NCBI GenBank assembly: GCA_004431415.1
Contig: QPMI01000626.1
Coordinates: 62,001-126,000, forward strand
Direction of reading: 5' to 3'
Length of the DNA: 64,000 nt
Source of the DNA: Cyanophora paradoxa CCMP329
Lineage: Eukaryota > Plantae > Glaucophyta
Positions 60,401 through 64,000 of this stretch are shown here, piece after piece; position 1 is the stretch's first letter; each line of letters begins with the position of its first letter. The translations under genes and the position numbers were made by a program. The notes below the pieces were generated by a model. It was not told the origin of the DNA. It saw only the letters and a list, made by a program, of their open reading frames with translations, and made no database searches.

Positions 60401-63400
60401 CCAGCGGGGCGCGCAGTCCCCGTCCTCCGTCTGCGATAGAAGAAGAAGAAGAAGTCGAAGTCAAGTGAAATAATTGTAAACCGCCGGTCTCGCAGCAGGG
60501 CGAGCAGGCGCAGGAATGGCTCCCGGCTGCGAGCGAGCGCACCTCGAGGCGGATGTCGCTGGCGAGGGCGAGCGGCCGGTTCTTGAAGCTGCGGGGGCGG
60601 GCTCGAAAGCGAGTGGGCGAAGTAATAAGGGGCGGGGCGGCGCCTGGAGGAGGGCGGGAGTGGAGCCGGCGCTGGCGGCGTCCCAGGCCTATCTTAGGAC
60701 CTCTTTCTAGTTCGCTTAGTATCTTAGTATCTTAGTATCTTAGTATCTTGAAGCTGCGGGGGCGGGCTCGAAAGCGAGTGGGCGAAGTGATAAGGGGCGG
60801 GGCGGCGCCTGGAGGAGGGCGGGAGTGGAGCCGGCGCTGGCGGCGTCCCAGGCCTATCTTAGGACCTCTTTCTAGTTCGCTTAGTATCTTAGTATCTTAG
60901 TATCTTAGTATCTTGAAGCTGCGGGGGCGGGCTCGAAAGCGAGTTCGAGTTCGCCGAAGGGGAAATGCTAATTGGAGAGGGGGCGCGCGCGCCCTATCGA
61001 GAGGCTCGTTGACAGGCGGGGCCCCATGGACGCGTGCCGGCCACTCCTGCACGCGCTTGCTCAGACGATCGCGACACCGACAGGAAATCATGTCAAAGAT
61101 CTAGAGGATTCAAAGAGAGTTATAGACAAGATTTGGAAGATCTAGCAGGGCGCAGAGAATTAGAACAGAGAATCTAGCAGAATTGAATCCAGAGAATCAT
61201 AGAACAGATCTAGATTTAAGATCTAGCAGGGCGCAGAGAATTACACCGCAGGCGCGCACCTTGAATTCGCGATCGGGTCCGACGTGGACGGGGGCGCTTG
61301 GGTCCCGAACTGGGCAGAGAGGACCGCAGGCGCGCACCTTGAATTCGGGTCCGACGTCGACGGGGGCGCCCGGGCCCGGGCCCCGAAGTGGGCGGAGAGG
61401 ACGGAGGACTCGGGGGCGAGGGGGCGCGGGTCGATGCCGTCCCGGAAGCGGACCTGCCCGGAACCTAATTAATATTCAAGAAATGAAGTCTGGCTGAACG
61501 CAATTGCAAGCTGAACAAGCCAATTATATAAACGACAGCTCGCAGCTTGGATCGGGCGCGCGCGCGAGGGGCAGTCTTAAGCATCTAGCTATAGACCTAG
61601 AAGAAGAATCTAAGCTGATGTAGTTCGTGCGAGGCAAGGCACGAAGAAACAGGCGAAGGAAATTCAGATGAATCAGTGCTAGCCCCTTCGAGATCGATAT
61701 CTCACCTCCCCCTCGAACTGCGGGGTGATGGTGGTGACGACGTATGCAAGCTGCCGCCGGTGCCTGCGCGCGGGAGAATTCTTAGAAACACTTGCAAGCC
61801 GCGGCAGACTTCATATATATCGCTCCATGGGGCCGAGAGCGAGCCGCTGAGCTCGAGCGTTCAGCTCTATTCACTTTTCAGTCTTTTGCGCGACGTCGAC
61901 CAGCGCGCGCGCCTGCAGAGGACGACCGTCGTCTCGACGTCCGTCGTGCGCCCGCCGTACGTCCACGTGCTGCGCGTCACCGCCGTCCCTTCCCGCATAT
62001 CCACGACCTGAGAGGCTTCATATAAGCTTCACGAACTGGACGGGATGATTCGAATTTTGACGGAAAGGCTTAAGCTTCACGAAGGAAGAGGCTTAAGCTT
62101 CACGACGGAAAGAGGCTTAAGCTTCACGACGGAAAGCGGGGGTGAGCCGCGCACCTGGGAGTAGCCGTCATGGCGGCCCGAGGAGACCCGGTACGGGCCC
62201 GCCCCGTCCTCGAACACGAGGCCGCACCACCTGCGCCGCGCGGCGCCGGCTCTCGAATCGATTCCGAAGCGGCGCGCGCGCGGAACGCGGGCGCATGCGC
62301 ACCGCGGCGGGCTGACGAGCGCGTTGCGGCCCCAGAGGCCGGCCACGAAGCACTCCCCGCGTGTGTCGTAGAAGCCGGCTGCGCGTGCAGAGCGATCTCA
62401 TGATCGACGAACGGGCGAGGCGCCGGAGGAGAACCGCTTAAGCTAGAGCCGTAGATATCGCGATCGCGTGCAGCAGCGCGAACCGTGGCCCTCAGGACCG
62501 AGCCGCTGTCCAATGTACCTGCGAATCAAATTCAATTCTAGACGCTCTAGATATCAACGCACGAGCTCCCTCTTGATCGCGAACCGCGAACCGCGCACCC
62601 ATTGCCAAGGAAGCAGTCGCGGTAGTTCGGGTTCGCCGGATCCGTCGAGACGAGAAGGAAAGGGTCCTCGCCGCGGCCGCAGCGCCCGGGTCGGACAGCC
62701 ACGCCGCGTCGATGCGGCCGCTCTCCGGGAAGCTGCGCACGCGAAGCTTGCCATGATGAGAAGAGTCACTGGAGCGAGTGGCGCGCTGCGGTCTGGGCTG
62801 GCCATGGAGATCTAGAGTTGGAGCGCTATTCTTCGCAGTCCTAGCGGCGCGTACGAGCGCTAAAACCTCACCTGGGAAACGAGCCAGAGACGCCAGGCGC
62901 CTGCTTACCGCCCGTCATGCTTCGCCTCGATGTCGAGCGGGCGGCGTACCTGCGCCGCGCGGCGCCGGCTCTCGAATCGATTCCGAAGCGGCGCGCGCGC
63001 GGAACGCGGGCGCATGCGCACCGCGGCGGGCTGACGAGCGCGTTGCGGCCCCAGAGGCCGGCCACGAAGCACTCCCCGCGTGTGTCGTAGAAGCCGGCTG
63101 CGCGTGCAGAGCGATCTCATGATCGACGAACGGGCGAGGCGCCGGAGGAGAACCGCTTAAGCTAGAGCCGTAGATATCGCGATCGCGTGCAGCAGCGCGA
63201 ACCGTGGCCCTCAGGACCGAGCCGCTGTCCAATGTACCTGCGAATCAAATTCAATTCTAGACGCTCTAGATATCAACGCACGAGCTCCCTCTTGATCGCG
63301 AACCGCGAACCGCGCACCCATTGCCAAGGAAGCAGTCGCGGTAGTTCGGGTTCGCCGGATCCGTCGAGACGAGAAGGAAAGGGTCCTCGCCCGCGGCCGC

Positions 63401-63638
63401 AGCGCCCGGGTCGGACAGCCACGCCGCGTCGATGCGGCCGCTCTCCGGGAAGCTGCGCACGCGAAGCTTGCCATGATGAGAAGAGTCACTGGAGCGAGTG
63501 GCGCGCTGCGGTCTGGGCTGGCCATGGAGATCTAGAGTTGGAGCGCTATTCTTCGCAGTCCTAGCGGCGCGTACGAGCGCTAAAACCTCACCTGGGAAAC
63601 GAGCCAGAGACGCCAGGCGCCTGCTTACCGCCCGTCAT
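54483..63638 (-). CDS. Glycoside hydrolase family 65 protein (acid trehalase-like/PGGHG-like)
   Basis: CFLGNG|YIGQRLG, DFERDRAEH..AAWARLWESRIEV, GLSGPFWNGRVFWDADM|WVFPPL..YRARTLPGA, GACWAWESADTG, HVNSDVALAQW|QYYLTSGD, VYCADEF, NNASTNYGA, YDGYNGETIKQ|ADTALMIYP, FQTGLGGLLQ. Start is uncertain and the 5' exons are duplicated. Confidence 0.9.
60581..60945. repeat. Intronic tandem repeat, 165-bp unit x2 plus partial, carrying an exon copy and (TAGTATCT)n
   Basis: 60581-60745 is identical to 60746-60910; a third partial copy starts at 60911. Confidence 0.9.
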
Positions 63639-63667
63639 GCTTCGCCTCGATGTCGAGCGGGCGGCGT
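62229..63667. repeat. Near-perfect 720-bp tandem duplication of the GH65 5' region
   Basis: 62229-62947 (719 bp) vs 62948-63667 (720 bp). The only difference seen is CTCGCCGCGG vs CTCGCCCGCGG. Confidence 0.93.
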
Positions 63668-64000
63668 AAAGCTTCTATCGCCGCTGTCGATCCTGCCCTC
63701 CGGCGGTGTCAGAGTCTCGTTGAAGGTGCGGGGAAGCGATCCACGCCTCGCTGCGGAGCGCGCCGAGTCTGGGGGCTGAGGTCGGAATGCCGGTACCCCC
63801 CGCGGCGAGGCGGACCCAGGCGGCCCTCATGCGGGCGGCGGGCTTCTTTCATCCGGCTTCCCTCTGAGCCGTCCGGAGGTCTCCAAGTCGCATTCCGTAG
63901 TTGGAGACTCGCCATGTCCGCCGGATCGCTCGGGAAATCGACCGAGCGGCAGCTGGAGCGCGCCGGCAATCCCTCCACGTCCAGCGATGGGGCCGCATCG

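Noticed and set aside
115-63978. Most long Arg/Pro/Gly/Ala-rich ORFs in the six-frame track
   Set aside because: Shadow frames caused by high GC and stop-poor introns; the real genes emerge only after splicing.

Overview
GC-rich, extremely intron-dense eukaryotic nuclear DNA, so the six-frame ORF track is mostly exon fragments plus noise. An N-terminal Phe-type transit peptide on PepF (MSGFATP...) suggests a glaucophyte (Cyanophora-like) or red-type alga; this is inference. Genes assembled by hand from splice sites: a NEK/NIMA kinase (-, partial), a signal-peptide/GPI beta-solenoid protein (+), a hemerythrin (HHE) protein (+), an SLC13/SLT-SAC1-like transporter with TrkA-C domains (+), an APC amino-acid permease (-), oligoendopeptidase F (-) with an inverted pseudogenic fragment nearby, a Pro-rich hypothetical protein (-), a tandemly duplicated head-to-head pair (unknown membrane protein / METTL21-like methyltransferase), and a GH65 glycosidase (-). 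Mobile DNA: two young non-coding elements bounded by long direct repeats (7.2-9.4 kb and 37.9-41.2 kb). Their repeats are unrelated, yet both carry the same array of GG-GTGAT(T/G)-CC hairpins with varying but paired stems. There is also a short poly(A) retroposon with a TSD. Window-wide oddities: frequent GC-AG introns with G(T/C)GCG donors; introns full of direct, inverted and ectopic copies of neighbouring exon ends, some rebuilding the spliced junction; and CpG/CpA-to-TpA erosion of these duplicates. All alignments and exon boundaries were made by eye and need confirmation.
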